A DNA stretch of 53,084 nt from Methylotenera sp. (GCA_025359405.1 JANYGD010000117.1:1-53084), one strand, 5' to 3'; positions 18,279 to 29,816 are shown, numbered from the stretch's first letter. Program-made: numbers and translations. The notes: generated from the sequence alone by a model not told the origin.

Positions 18279-20756
18279 GTGAGCGCTATTTTGTCTGGAA
18301 GGCGGCCATTGTATAGCTTTTACCAAACTTGGGTTCTAGGCATACGTGAAAAGTTCTTGCGTTTTCATAAGCTTCATGCACGAATAATTTTCACTTTTTC
18401 CATTCTTTTGTTCTTAGTTTTGCTATCTTTTCTGTTTAGCATCAACGCCATCTTCTCAAATAGTACAAACCAAGATATTCAAAAGAGCCTTAATACCGGT
18501 AGACGGTTGTTTAATTTTATCGATGAGGAAAGTAGCCTAAGATTAACTCAGACAGCAAGCATCTTGGCATCTGACTTTGCTTTTCGAGAGGCCATTGCTA
18601 CTGCGGATCGCAACACCATAGTTTCAGCACTTATAAATCACCGCATCAGATTTCAAGCGAGTGAAATGTTTCTTGTGGGTGCTGATGGTAAGTTGATTGC
18701 TGATACGTTTGGGTTAACTCAAGTTAATGGGCAATTTCTATTCCCCGAATTGCTTGTATCCGCTGAAAATGAGGGTGCTGCCACATCAATTGTTTTAATG
18801 AAGGGTCATTTGTATCAGATGGTAGTAGTGCCTGTGCTCGCGCCAGTTCCAATTGCTTGGCTCGCATCAGCTTTCATTATTGATGATAAGTTTGCACATA
18901 ATCTGCAATCTCTGACGGATCTAGAAGTGACTTTTTTGACTCGACAGCAATCCAATGGTCAATGGGTCGTGAGGGCAACAACTCTTCCAGCTAACTTTGC
19001 TAATGACTTACCCAATGCCATGTCTGGTGTTGTTGCCGATCAGGGTCAAAAAACCGTTCGGCTACAACTTGAAGATGGTGACTATCTAGCACGCATCCAG
19101 CTGCTTAACGCTGATGGCACGAGTGCTGTCGCTGTGCTACAACGGTCTTTGCATGAAGCTTTAGCACCACTACGCGCTCTCCAAAAAACGTTACTTATTT
19201 TGAGTGCCTTGTCATTTGCAGTAGCCTTAATAGCGAGTGTATGGATTGCACGAAGCATCACCAATCCTATTCGCAAATTAGGTGCGCTAGCCCTGCGTAT
19301 TAAAGATGGTGACTATACTCAATCTGCTACCTTGGATAGTCAAGATGAAATAGGCCAACTGGCTTCTGCATTTAACCATATGAGCGTAGCAATTGAGGAC
19401 AGAGAATCAAAAATTATCGAACTTGCTAATAGCGATTCTTTGACCGGTTTGCCAAATCGAACCCTGTTTCTCGATCGTCTAGAACGAGCGATTAAGGCCA
19501 TAAAGCGTGGAGGCCCACAAGTAACGGTCATGATTATGGATTTAGATCGATTCAAGGAAGTCAATGATATTTTGGGACATCATGTCGGCGATCTTCTATT
19601 ATATGAAGTCGCCAATCGGTTGCAGGCTATTGTGTCGAGGGATAGTGACACAATAGCAAGATTCGGGAGCAACACAATAGCAAGGCTAGGAGGAGATGAG
19701 TTTGCCATGTTACTGATAGCGACTAATAATAAAGGTGCCCAAATTGTTGCTAGCAAATTACAGAAGATGCTTGATAAGTCCATACTGCTTGAAGGCCAGG
19801 AAATAATTATCAATGCCAGTATAGGCATTGCTAGCTATCCAGAACATGGCGATGATGTTAATACTTTGCTGCGGCATGCCGACCTGGCAATGTATGCTGC
19901 TAAACGAAATAATCTGGGTTATGCCAGTTATGATCCCAGCCTCGAACAGCAGACCCAGCAGCATTTATCACTTATGGCTGAACTGCGTAATGCTATTGCG
20001 AATGACGAGTTGACGGTCTATTACCAGCCAAAATTGGAATTGGCTAATGCTACAATTGGTCATGTCGAAGCACTTATTCGTTGGATTCACCCTGTGCGCG
20101 GGTTGGTATCGCCAGATAATTTTATCCCTTTTGCAGAACATACAGGCTTTATTGTAATAATAACGCAGTGGCTCATAGAGCACGTTTTGCGCCAACAAAA
20201 TGAATGGCGAAAATCAGGCGTGATACTCAATGTATCCATTAATATTTCAGCTCGAGATCTGCTAATTACAAAACTACCAGCATTTTTCGCTGAATTGATG
20301 AAAAAATATGACGTGCTGCCACAATACTTGATATTAGAAATTACTGAAAGTTCTATTATGGCTAACCTTCAGGGTGCGCTTAGCATAATGAACGAACTTC
20401 GTAATTTGGGCTTGAGTTTGTCCGTTGATGACTTTGGTACAGGTTATTCATCGCTATCTTATTTGAAAAGGCTCCCAGTTTCGGAATTGAAAATTGACCA
20501 GTCTTTTGTTGCTCATATGGAAAAAGGTAGTGATGACGCCATAATCGTGCGCTCCACAATCGACCTGGCGCACAACATGGGGCTTACTGTAGTCGCTGAA
20601 GGGGTGGAAAATCTAGCTACATATGATATGCTGAAAGCTATGGGTTGTGATTTTCTTCAAGGTTATTACATCAGTCGCCCATTGCCAGCAGAAGAACTAT
20701 CGCAGTGGATTAAGACGTCGCCATGGAAATTAAACAAGGATAACTTAGATGCTTAG
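18279..20756 (+). CDS. Membrane Cache-HAMP-GGDEF-EAL c-di-GMP signalling protein
   Basis: TM-periplasmic-TM, HAMP (DEIGQLASAFNHM), GGDEF, EALIRW and DDFGTGYSSL. The exact start is uncertain. Confidence 0.92.
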   Translation: MSAILSGRRPLYSFYQTWVLGIREKFLRFHKLHARIIFTFSILLFLVLLSFLFSINAIFSNSTNQDIQKSLNTGRRLFNFIDEESSLRLTQTASILASDFAFREAIATADRNTIVSALINHRIRFQASEMFLVGADGKLIADTFGLTQVNGQFLFPELLVSAENEGAATSIVLMKGHLYQMVVVPVLAPVPIAWLASAFIIDDKFAHNLQSLTDLEVTFLTRQQSNGQWVVRATTLPANFANDLPNAMSGVVADQGQKTVRLQLEDGDYLARIQLLNADGTSAVAVLQRSLHEALAPLRALQKTLLILSALSFAVALIASVWIARSITNPIRKLGALALRIKDGDYTQSATLDSQDEIGQLASAFNHMSVAIEDRESKIIELANSDSLTGLPNRTLFLDRLERAIKAIKRGGPQVTVMIMDLDRFKEVNDILGHHVGDLLLYEVANRLQAIVSRDSDTIARFGSNTIARLGGDEFAMLLIATNNKGAQIVASKLQKMLDKSILLEGQEIIINASIGIASYPEHGDDVNTLLRHADLAMYAAKRNNLGYASYDPSLEQQTQQHLSLMAELRNAIANDELTVYYQPKLELANATIGHVEALIRWIHPVRGLVSPDNFIPFAEHTGFIVIITQWLIEHVLRQQNEWRKSGVILNVSINISARDLLITKLPAFFAELMKKYDVLPQYLILEITESSIMANLQGALSIMNELRNLGLSLSVDDFGTGYSSLSYLKRLPVSELKIDQSFVAHMEKGSDDAIIVRSTIDLAHNMGLTVVAEGVENLATYDMLKAMGCDFLQGYYISRPLPAEELSQWIKTSPWKLNKDNLDA

Positions 20757-21648
20757 TAAGTGCACGCGGTTGATAACCCTTTCATTTGCTTATGTTTACT
20801 TGTCAACATGCATGATAGGGGATGCGTCTGCCGAAGGTTTTTTGAATCTCGATGCAAAATTAAAATACGATAATAATCTGACCAATGCCGAACATTCATC
20901 GGATATTGTCGGAGATTCGCTAGTTGTAGCTGCAGTCAATGGCGGATATTACATTCAGTTGAATGATTTCGATAGTTTGCGTATTCAGGGCGAATTGAGT
21001 GGTGAAGCCTACAATACATTTCACGGTTTGGACAATGTCTCTTTGGGCGCTAACCTCTCCCTTAAGCGAAAATGGGGTTTGGGCTTATATAAGCCATGGT
21101 CAGCGCTCTCCGTGTCGGCAGCACGTTTGGACTATAGCAATAGTTTACGTGATGGATGGCTTTACCAAGCGCAAATTAGCGCAGGCAAACGAATTACGGA
21201 GCGGTGGGATATTTGGGCTGATATAGCCTTACAAAAACGCACCGCAGATAATGCGCCAGAGGTGGATCCTGGGGTTTCTGGGGCTGTTTTCGACCTGATT
21301 AACCGGATTTTCAAACTCGATGCGGTATACGCATTTAATGACAAGACTTTTCTAACATTGGGCTATCAACTGCGTTATGGTGATGTGGTCTCAACGACAA
21401 TCCACGAATCGCCAACCCATGTTTTTGACCTGGTCACCACAGCCGTCGCGCTTGACCCTATCTTTGGCCCTGAAGCAGAGGCTTATCGTATTACTGGCAC
21501 GACACAGATATTTGGTGCGCGAATTAGCACGGCGCTTAGCACAAATTCCGTTTTAGGTTTTGAGTACCAACGCCACATTACGCATGGCAACGGCAACATT
21601 AATTATTACAATAGCACGCCGACCCTAACGTTCTCTTATGGTTTTTAG
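20749..21648 (+). CDS. Putative outer-membrane beta-barrel protein
   Basis: Signal peptide, alternating amphipathic strands and C-terminal LTFSYGF (BAM-type motif). Overlaps the upstream stop. Confidence 0.65.
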   Translation: MLSKCTRLITLSFAYVYLSTCMIGDASAEGFLNLDAKLKYDNNLTNAEHSSDIVGDSLVVAAVNGGYYIQLNDFDSLRIQGELSGEAYNTFHGLDNVSLGANLSLKRKWGLGLYKPWSALSVSAARLDYSNSLRDGWLYQAQISAGKRITERWDIWADIALQKRTADNAPEVDPGVSGAVFDLINRIFKLDAVYAFNDKTFLTLGYQLRYGDVVSTTIHESPTHVFDLVTTAVALDPIFGPEAEAYRITGTTQIFGARISTALSTNSVLGFEYQRHITHGNGNINYYNSTPTLTFSYGF

Positions 21649-21661
21649 CGGATAAAACCTA

Positions 21662-22327
21662 GTGATAAAGAAATACTACTCACTAATACTCGTGGTTCTT
21701 AGTTACCTTTTATGCATGGCAAGTCAGGTCTATGCCGGTGAAATACGTATTTCAATAAAAGATGGTCAGGGACAGATGCTGGAAGATGCGGTAGTTACGG
21801 CTACACCGTTAGATTCCAAAAACATTATTAAGCCTAAAAATAACAAACCAGTGGTTGATCAAGTAAGTAAAGAGTTCCTTCCGCATGTGGTGCCAGTTTA
21901 TATCAACTCTTTGGTTTCTTTTCCTAATAGTGACAATATCCGCCACCATGTTTATTCATTTTCACCTGCAAAAAAATTCGAACTGCCACTTTACAGCGGC
22001 ACCTCTGCAGCCCCTGTTTTATTCGATAAGCCCGGTATTGTGACACTTGGCTGCAATATTCATGACTGGATGCTAGGCTACATCTACGTGTCAGAAACCC
22101 CATATTTCGTTAGGAGCGAGAAAGACGGCAAAGGCTTGATTCGCAGCCTTCCTGAAGGAGAATATGTTGTTAAGGTATGGCATCCTCAAATGATTGATAC
22201 TGAAGATTCAACAGCGCGTCGAATAGCCATAAGTGACGCTGTTGCTGCTAATTTAGAATGGCAGTTATCGCTTAAGCCTGCGTTTAAATTACCACGTAAT
22301 GCAGTTGGCAAAGGTTTTGGCTACTAA
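21662..22327 (+). CDS. Periplasmic cupredoxin-like protein ('methylamine utilization protein'-type)
   Basis: Signal peptide, FPNSDNIRHHVYSFS and LGCNIHDWM (His...Cys-x2-His-x2-Met). Confidence 0.8.
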   Translation: MIKKYYSLILVVLSYLLCMASQVYAGEIRISIKDGQGQMLEDAVVTATPLDSKNIIKPKNNKPVVDQVSKEFLPHVVPVYINSLVSFPNSDNIRHHVYSFSPAKKFELPLYSGTSAAPVLFDKPGIVTLGCNIHDWMLGYIYVSETPYFVRSEKDGKGLIRSLPEGEYVVKVWHPQMIDTEDSTARRIAISDAVAANLEWQLSLKPAFKLPRNAVGKGFGY

Positions 22328-22416
22328 TACAGCACAGAGCAATATATGAGGATAAAAGTTAAAACTGCAGCAATTTTGCAAATTGCATTTAAGATCAAAT
22401 GATCGACTATCAGGGT

Positions 22417-22443
22417 GCGAGTTTGAGTGATTTAGGACTTTAA
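22417..22443 (+). pseudogene. Stranded duplicate 3' end of the DUF1348 gene
   Basis: GCGAGTTTGAGTGATTTAGGACTTTAA (ASLSDLGL*) versus GCAAGTTTGAGCGAGTTAGGATTGTAA (ASLSELGL*) at 18084-18110. 22/27 nt match, with mainly synonymous changes. Confidence 0.75.
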
Positions 22444-22451
22444 AGTATCAA

Positions 22452-23117
22452 TTAACCTTTTTTGAACCATTGCTTTGTGAAAATGGAATATGTTTTCATT
22501 GGCTCCTCAAAACAAGGTTTGGTTACTCTTTCAAGCTCATTCTGAGTCGCAGCCAATTGATTTCGTATTTCGTCATTTTGATTGTAGTTATCCCAAAAAA
22601 TGCCTTCATGCTTATGCATTTCATTTAGGTGCTTTTGGAACTCATCTGGTTCCATTTGAACGCGGCCTTGGCGCTGCCAATAATGAGTTGCAAGCATATT
22701 CGCGGAAGAGAAGATGGAATTTAAAGTTTGGTCTGTTTCTTTGAAAATACTTTCTGTTCCAGTTCCGAACACAGCCATAAATTTATATTTCAAAGTATTA
22801 AATCGAACAAATATATCCTTCTTTGATTCGTAACGCTCAAATACAATATATCCCCTATTTAGAAGCTGGGTTTCTGCTTCTGTTTCATATTTGGCTTGTT
22901 GCCGTGTAGTGCCAGCATTTCCGCTAGACCAAGGGTTTCTGATAAAAGCTATTGCATCTTTGATTTCAAAGAACACGGCAAGTGTTTCTTCTGCAAGCTC
23001 AATCTTTCTTTTACCAATAAATTCTCGTTTCCATGCACCAACTCCTGAAACTATCGCCCAGCATGCAGATATTATGGCTAAGGCTTGGGCAATTGTAGCT
23101 AAATCAGTCATATACAT
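22452..23117 (-). CDS. Hypothetical protein with N-terminal TM helix
   Basis: 221-aa AT-rich ORF with AGAGGA RBS, directly downstream of smr. No family recognised. Confidence 0.75.
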   Translation of the reverse strand: MYMTDLATIAQALAIISACWAIVSGVGAWKREFIGKRKIELAEETLAVFFEIKDAIAFIRNPWSSGNAGTTRQQAKYETEAETQLLNRGYIVFERYESKKDIFVRFNTLKYKFMAVFGTGTESIFKETDQTLNSIFSSANMLATHYWQRQGRVQMEPDEFQKHLNEMHKHEGIFWDNYNQNDEIRNQLAATQNELERVTKPCFEEPMKTYSIFTKQWFKKG

Positions 23118-23132
23118 TCCTCTAAACGGTTA

Positions 23133-23669
23133 TTAAGCTTTAAGCAATACAATCACCGCGCCGCTGCCGCCATCTTCCGGTTTGGCTTGGGCGTAGGCGA
23201 TGACTTCATCTTTTTGCATCAGCCAACTGCGCAGTTTGTGTTTTAGCACCGGTTCGCGATTGCGTGAGCCCAAGCCTTTGCCATGCACGATGCGCACGCA
23301 GCGAATGTTGCGCTTTTTGCACCCATTTAAAAAATCCGCCACGTATAGGCGCGCTTCATCTGAAACCAAGCCATGCAAATCAATCTGCGCTTGTACGACC
23401 CAAAAGCCGCGACGTAACTTGCTGAGGATGTTAGGGGATTGACCTTCGCGCAGGTAAAGCAGCTCTTCGCCGCTTTCTACATCATGCGCAGGATAATAAT
23501 CGTCACTAAGTGAATCTCTAAGCGCTTGTTTTTCATCGCGAATAAAGTGCTTGGCGATTGGTTTGGGGTGGGTTTTGGGTGAATGAAGAGGTTCTACATT
23601 GAGCGGACGTGCATCTTTTACTGCTTGATGAAACAGCGTGACTTCGTCTAAGTCTTTATCCGTTGCCAT
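23133..23669 (-). CDS. Smr/MutS2 C-terminal domain protein
   Basis: IDLHGL, IVHGKGLGS and GGSGAVIVLL. Confidence 0.93.
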   Translation of the reverse strand: MATDKDLDEVTLFHQAVKDARPLNVEPLHSPKTHPKPIAKHFIRDEKQALRDSLSDDYYPAHDVESGEELLYLREGQSPNILSKLRRGFWVVQAQIDLHGLVSDEARLYVADFLNGCKKRNIRCVRIVHGKGLGSRNREPVLKHKLRSWLMQKDEVIAYAQAKPEDGGSGAVIVLLKA

Positions 23670-23699
23670 GTTGATATTCCTAAAAAATTACTTAATTGC

Positions 23700-23768
23700 C
23701 GTCATTTCGACGAAAGTCGGAATCCAGCGGCGTTAAAGTCACTAGATTCCGACTTTCGTCGGAATGAC
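23700..23768. repeat. Inverted pair of CGTC-tagged REP-like palindromes (may also terminate or stabilise trxB mRNA)
   Basis: GTCATTTCGACGAAAGTCGGAATCCAG (23701-23727) and its inverted copy CTAGATTCCGACTTTCGTCGGAATGAC (23742-23768). Confidence 0.88.
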
Positions 23769-23785
23769 AGATGAAATTGAAATGA

Positions 23786-25254
<1,469 letters not shown>

Positions 25255-25376
25255 AATTGAACTCCTTTTTAATTAAGTGTAATTTTAATTTTTAGACGCA
25301 CTTTACGCAATTTGATTTTGCTATAATTAGGTAAATAATTTTAATTGTTAGTTAATTTTTTAAGGTTTGTAACATA

Positions 25377-27683
25377 TTGTTTTTTAATAAAAAATCATCC
25401 GCTGTCAATGGTCGTGTCGAAACGCCAAAAACCCCCCAGCAACAAAAACACGCACATTTAGTGCGCGAGGCATGGTGGTTGGTATTGGTGTTGGTAGGCG
25501 CGTATCTTGCGGTGATATTAATCACCTATTCTAAGCAAGACTCTTCTTGGTCACACATGGCCAGCGAGCACGCGGCTATTAGTAATGCGGGCGGCTCGGT
25601 GGGCGCGTGGGTTGCCGATATGTTGTTGTACTTGTTCGGATTTTCTGCATGGTGGTGGGTGGTGTTGGCGTTCTACAGTATGTGGTTGGTGTATCGACGC
25701 TTAGAACTCACTATTTCTGAGCGTCCATTTTTAGTGTTCAATTTGGTTGGTTTCAGTCTATTGTTGGTGGCCTCTAGCAGCATAGAAGCGGGGCATTTAA
25801 TTGCGCTGCCAGCTTCGCTGCCACTTGGCGCGGGTGGTATGTTGGGCAATGCGGTAGATGGCCTGTTGCGCAACATGTTTGGCTATACAGGTTCTACTAT
25901 GCTGTTATTACTGCTGTTTGCAGTAGGGTTTAGCTTATTTACGGGCTGGTCGTGGATTATGATGACCGAAAAGCTTGGACTCGGCTTAATTACAAGCTAT
26001 CAATGGGCAATCAATAAATATTACGATTGGCAAGACAGAAAAGCCGGCAAAGTGGTGGGACTTAAGCGCGAAGAGTTTGTAGAAAATGAGCGCAAACGCA
26101 CTGAAGACCGCGCGCCGCTTGAAATTAAGCCTGCACAAACGGAAATCGCCAAAAGTGAGCGCGTGTTAAAAGAAAAACAAACTACGCTATTTGCCTCTGA
26201 CCCTGATTCTACCTTGCCGCCATTACATTTACTGGATGAAGCGAATAACACAGTTGAGCTACCGTCAGATGAAACGCTAGACTTTATTTCACGCTTAATT
26301 GAGCGCAAATTAGCCGATTTTGGCATCGAAGTGAAGGTGATTTCCGCACAACCTGGCCCCGTGATTACGCGCTATGAGTTTGAGCCTGCAGCAGGCGTAA
26401 AAGGCAGCCAAATTACTAATCTAGCGCGAGATTTAGCGCGTGCGCTTTCGGTGGTTAGTATTCGCGTGGTTGAGACGATTCCTGGCAAAAGCTGTATGGG
26501 CCTGGAAATTCCTAATCCGAAACGCCAAATCGTGTTTTTATCTGAAATTATGAGTAGCCAGGTGTATGCAGAGATGCATTCGCCGATTGCCATTGCTATG
26601 GGTAAAGATATCGCAGGCAAGCCCGTAGTGGCGGATTTAGCCAAAATGCCGCATGTATTGGTGGCGGGCACAACTGGCTCGGGTAAATCTGTTGCAATTA
26701 ACGCCTTGATTTTAAGTTTTCTGTATAAATCTGAAGCGTCAAAAGTGCGCATGATTTTAATCGACCCGAAAATGCTCGAGCTCTCAGTGTATGAAGGCAT
26801 TCCGCACCTATTGGCGCCAGTGGTAACGGATATGCGCCAAGCTGCGAATGCATTGAATTGGTGTGTGGCAGAAATGGAGCGCCGCTACAAGATTATGTCG
26901 ATGTTAGGCGTGCGAAATTTGGCCGGCTATAACCAAAAAATTAAAGAGGCTGAAAAAGCAGGAGAAAAAATTCCACATCCGTTTAGCCTCACACCAGAAG
27001 AACCGGAACCGCTAGAAGAAATGCCGTTAATCGTGGTGGTGATTGATGAATTGGCCGATTTAATGATGGTGGTGGGCAAAAAAGTAGAAGAGCTCATCGC
27101 ACGTTTAGCCCAGAAGGCACGCGCTTCTGGCATTCATTTAGTGTTAGCGACACAGCGACCATCTGTAGATGTGATTACAGGACTAATCAAAGCCAATATC
27201 CCAACTCGCGTAGCGTTTCAAGTGTCTAGCAAAATAGATTCGCGCACCATATTAGACCAAATGGGCGCTGAAGCGTTACTAGGTCAGGGGGACATGTTGT
27301 ACATGCCGCCAGGCACGGGCTACCCAGTGCGCATTCATGGCGCATTTGTGAGCGACCACGAGGTGCACCAAGTGGTGAATCACCTAAAAGCTATGGGTGA
27401 GCCGAATTATATTGAAGGCATTTTAACCAATGAAACAGAAGGTGGCAGTGAGCTTGGCGACTTTGGCGATGACGGCGCAGAGAAAGACCCGCTTTACGAT
27501 GAGGCGGTTTCAATCGTGCTAAAAAGTCGTCGTGCATCGATTTCATCGGTACAACGCCAATTACGTATTGGTTATAACCGTGCCGCGCGCTTGATAGAAG
27601 ATATGGAGCGCGCAGGACTGGTTTCTGCCATGCAGAGTAACGGTAATAGAGAAGTGTTGGCTGCTGGCACAAATAATGAATAA
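25377..27683 (+). CDS. ftsK: DNA translocase FtsK
   Basis: 4TM N-domain, [25 protein letters not shown] and the gamma domain [10 protein letters not shown]. Confidence 0.97.
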   Translation: MFFNKKSSAVNGRVETPKTPQQQKHAHLVREAWWLVLVLVGAYLAVILITYSKQDSSWSHMASEHAAISNAGGSVGAWVADMLLYLFGFSAWWWVVLAFYSMWLVYRRLELTISERPFLVFNLVGFSLLLVASSSIEAGHLIALPASLPLGAGGMLGNAVDGLLRNMFGYTGSTMLLLLLFAVGFSLFTGWSWIMMTEKLGLGLITSYQWAINKYYDWQDRKAGKVVGLKREEFVENERKRTEDRAPLEIKPAQTEIAKSERVLKEKQTTLFASDPDSTLPPLHLLDEANNTVELPSDETLDFISRLIERKLADFGIEVKVISAQPGPVITRYEFEPAAGVKGSQITNLARDLARALSVVSIRVVETIPGKSCMGLEIPNPKRQIVFLSEIMSSQVYAEMHSPIAIAMGKDIAGKPVVADLAKMPHVLVAGTTGSGKSVAINALILSFLYKSEASKVRMILIDPKMLELSVYEGIPHLLAPVVTDMRQAANALNWCVAEMERRYKIMSMLGVRNLAGYNQKIKEAEKAGEKIPHPFSLTPEEPEPLEEMPLIVVVIDELADLMMVVGKKVEELIARLAQKARASGIHLVLATQRPSVDVITGLIKANIPTRVAFQVSSKIDSRTILDQMGAEALLGQGDMLYMPPGTGYPVRIHGAFVSDHEVHQVVNHLKAMGEPNYIEGILTNETEGGSELGDFGDDGAEKDPLYDEAVSIVLKSRRASISSVQRQLRIGYNRAARLIEDMERAGLVSAMQSNGNREVLAAGTNNE

Positions 27684-28284
27684 ATATTTAGTATTTTTAT
27701 CTTTGCTATTTTCAAATATAGCAATGGCAGACGGCGTTTCTAGTCTGCGCGATTTTTTTGATCACACCAATACCATGCGTGCGAAATTTAGCCAGGTGGT
27801 GAATGACACGCAAGGTCGCAAAGTGCAAGAGGTGGAAGGCACCATGCAGTTGCAGCGCCCGAACAAATTCCGCTGGGATTACAACAAACCTTACGAGCAG
27901 CAAATTATTAGCGATGGCAAAGACGTGTTTTTGTACGATACTGATTTGCAGCAAGTGACTATTCGTGAGCTCAGCAAGGCCATAGGCTCCAGCCCTGCGG
28001 CTCTGCTGGCGGGTGGCGATGCGGTAGAAAAAAGTTTTATCCTAAAAAATGCCGTTCGCAAAGATGGCCTGACTTGGGTATTAGCGTTGCCAAAAGACAA
28101 AGAAAGCGGTTTTGAACGTGTTTTATTGGGTTTTAAATCCGGAAAACTACGAAAAATGGAGCTGTACGACAGCTTCAATCACGTTACCCTCATTACGTTT
28201 AGTGATGTTGAACGCAATCCGGTGCTGCAAGACGCCACGTTTTTATTTACGCCGCCAAAAGGTGCAGATGTGGTGGGTGAGTAA
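27676..28284 (+). CDS. lolA: Outer-membrane lipoprotein chaperone
   Basis: Signal peptide, [11 protein letters not shown]...[15 protein letters not shown] and FTPPKGADV. Follows ftsK. Confidence 0.95.
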   Translation: MNKYLVFLSLLFSNIAMADGVSSLRDFFDHTNTMRAKFSQVVNDTQGRKVQEVEGTMQLQRPNKFRWDYNKPYEQQIISDGKDVFLYDTDLQQVTIRELSKAIGSSPAALLAGGDAVEKSFILKNAVRKDGLTWVLALPKDKESGFERVLLGFKSGKLRKMELYDSFNHVTLITFSDVERNPVLQDATFLFTPPKGADVVGE

Positions 28285-28414
28285 AGTGGGTAAATAAGAA
28301 AGTTGCATATTCGCAACAAGTCTTTTTTGCCAGACATTAACTTAACTTTTTACTTTATTAAATTGCACTAATTCATTATTATTAAACAACTAATTTAGTT
28401 TTTAAAGATAACGC

Positions 28415-29764
28415 ATGCCACTTGCTTTTCAACCGGTTAAAACGTATTTAACGCTTATCGTTGTATTTTCTACTTTTTCATTTTCTACTTTGGCGTTCGC
28501 CGTTAAAGATGGTGTTGTGATAGATGCAGAAGCACTCATCCTTAAAGGTGATTTTAACGCAGCGTATCAATTGCTAGAACCGCTAGAAGCTGACCGTGCA
28601 GGCGATGTTGATTACGACTACGTGTTCGGAGTCGCAGCGGTAGAAAGCAATAACGCTACACGCGGCGCGTTTGCACTGGAGCGTGTGCTTGCGATAAATC
28701 CTAACCATAATGAAGCACGCGCAGAAATGGCCAAAGCACATTTTATGTTGAGTGAGACAGAAGCCTCAAAGATAGAATTCAACAATGTGCTGCAGCAAAA
28801 CCCTGATGCGGAAACAAAAAAAACAGTTGAAAAGCTACTAACAGCCATTCAAAAAATAGAAGGCACCACGACGACTTTTGGTGCTTATCTTGATTTTGGC
28901 TTGGGTTGGGATTCTAACGTGAGTAGCGCGCCAAGCATTGCTTCTATTGGCGTGCCAGCTTTTGGTGGGCTACTTGTTCAGCTTGATAATAGTGCGCGTG
29001 CTCAATCGGATAATTTTATGAATCTGGCCGCGGGTATTTCGGTTCGCCATCCGTTTACCAATCAACTTGCTGCATTTGGCTCTGTAAGTGGTACCAGTCG
29101 TATTAATGGCTCCGAAACTGCATTCGATAATAGCGTACTCGATTTCAACGCTGGCTTGCAATACAGGCAAAATCAGCATAATTTTGCAGTCGCCCTGCAA
29201 GACAATCATTTTGATTTGGATTCTGAAGCTTTTCGTCATGCTTATGGCGGCTCTGCGCAATGGCTGTACAATATTGATGCCTATAACCAAGCTGGCGCGT
29301 ATGCGCAGTACTCGCGCCTTAAATACAATGGTAATACTTTTCGCAATGCCGATAGAACAATTTTGGGCATCAATGCAGGCCATGTATTTCAAAGTGATTG
29401 GAATCCGGTGATTTATGGCAGTATTTACGGGGGTCGTGAAGACGCGTGTGATCCTCTAGCCAATTTTTTAAGTCAGGATATAGCTGGATTGCGTGCTGGC
29501 GGCCAACTTAGTTTTAGTAACAAATGGCAGCTGCTCACCTCATTTAGCTTTGAGCAGCGCAATAACGATGAAAACGACCCGGCTTTTCTTAAAAAACGTA
29601 TAGACCGTCAATACGATGCGACTTTGGGTCTAAATTTTATTCCTGCTCGCGATTGGTCTATTAGACCGCAAGTGAGCTACACTAAAACTGATTCTAATAT
29701 CGGGCTGAATAGCTTTGATCGCAAAATTATTTCGATTAATGTGCGCAAAGATTTTAGCTGGTAA
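28415..29764 (+). CDS. TPR plus C-terminal beta-barrel protein (Slam/DUF560-like)
   Basis: Signal peptide, TPR (ALERVLAINPNHNEARAEMA), GWDSNV barrel start, amphipathic strands and C-terminal RKDFSW. Confidence 0.75.
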   Translation: MPLAFQPVKTYLTLIVVFSTFSFSTLAFAVKDGVVIDAEALILKGDFNAAYQLLEPLEADRAGDVDYDYVFGVAAVESNNATRGAFALERVLAINPNHNEARAEMAKAHFMLSETEASKIEFNNVLQQNPDAETKKTVEKLLTAIQKIEGTTTTFGAYLDFGLGWDSNVSSAPSIASIGVPAFGGLLVQLDNSARAQSDNFMNLAAGISVRHPFTNQLAAFGSVSGTSRINGSETAFDNSVLDFNAGLQYRQNQHNFAVALQDNHFDLDSEAFRHAYGGSAQWLYNIDAYNQAGAYAQYSRLKYNGNTFRNADRTILGINAGHVFQSDWNPVIYGSIYGGREDACDPLANFLSQDIAGLRAGGQLSFSNKWQLLTSFSFEQRNNDENDPAFLKKRIDRQYDATLGLNFIPARDWSIRPQVSYTKTDSNIGLNSFDRKIISINVRKDFSW

Positions 29765-29816
29765 TTACCCAAATAGCTTACTAATAGCATGTTAAGTTTG
29801 GGTATAATTAAGCACC

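Noticed and set aside
18053-18316. 87-aa ORF bridging DUF1348 and the GGDEF-EAL gene
   Set aside because: Overlaps both neighbours, has a weak start and crosses an AT-rich promoter-like region.
25255-25376. OxyR box upstream of dps
   Set aside because: The region is very AT-rich and only one ATAG element fits. The four-part spacing could not be matched.
28273-28297. GTGGGTGAGTAA / GTGGGTAAATAA mini-duplication at the lolA stop as another stranded 3' end
   Set aside because: Only 12 nt, directly adjacent with no cargo between the copies. Could be chance or local slippage.
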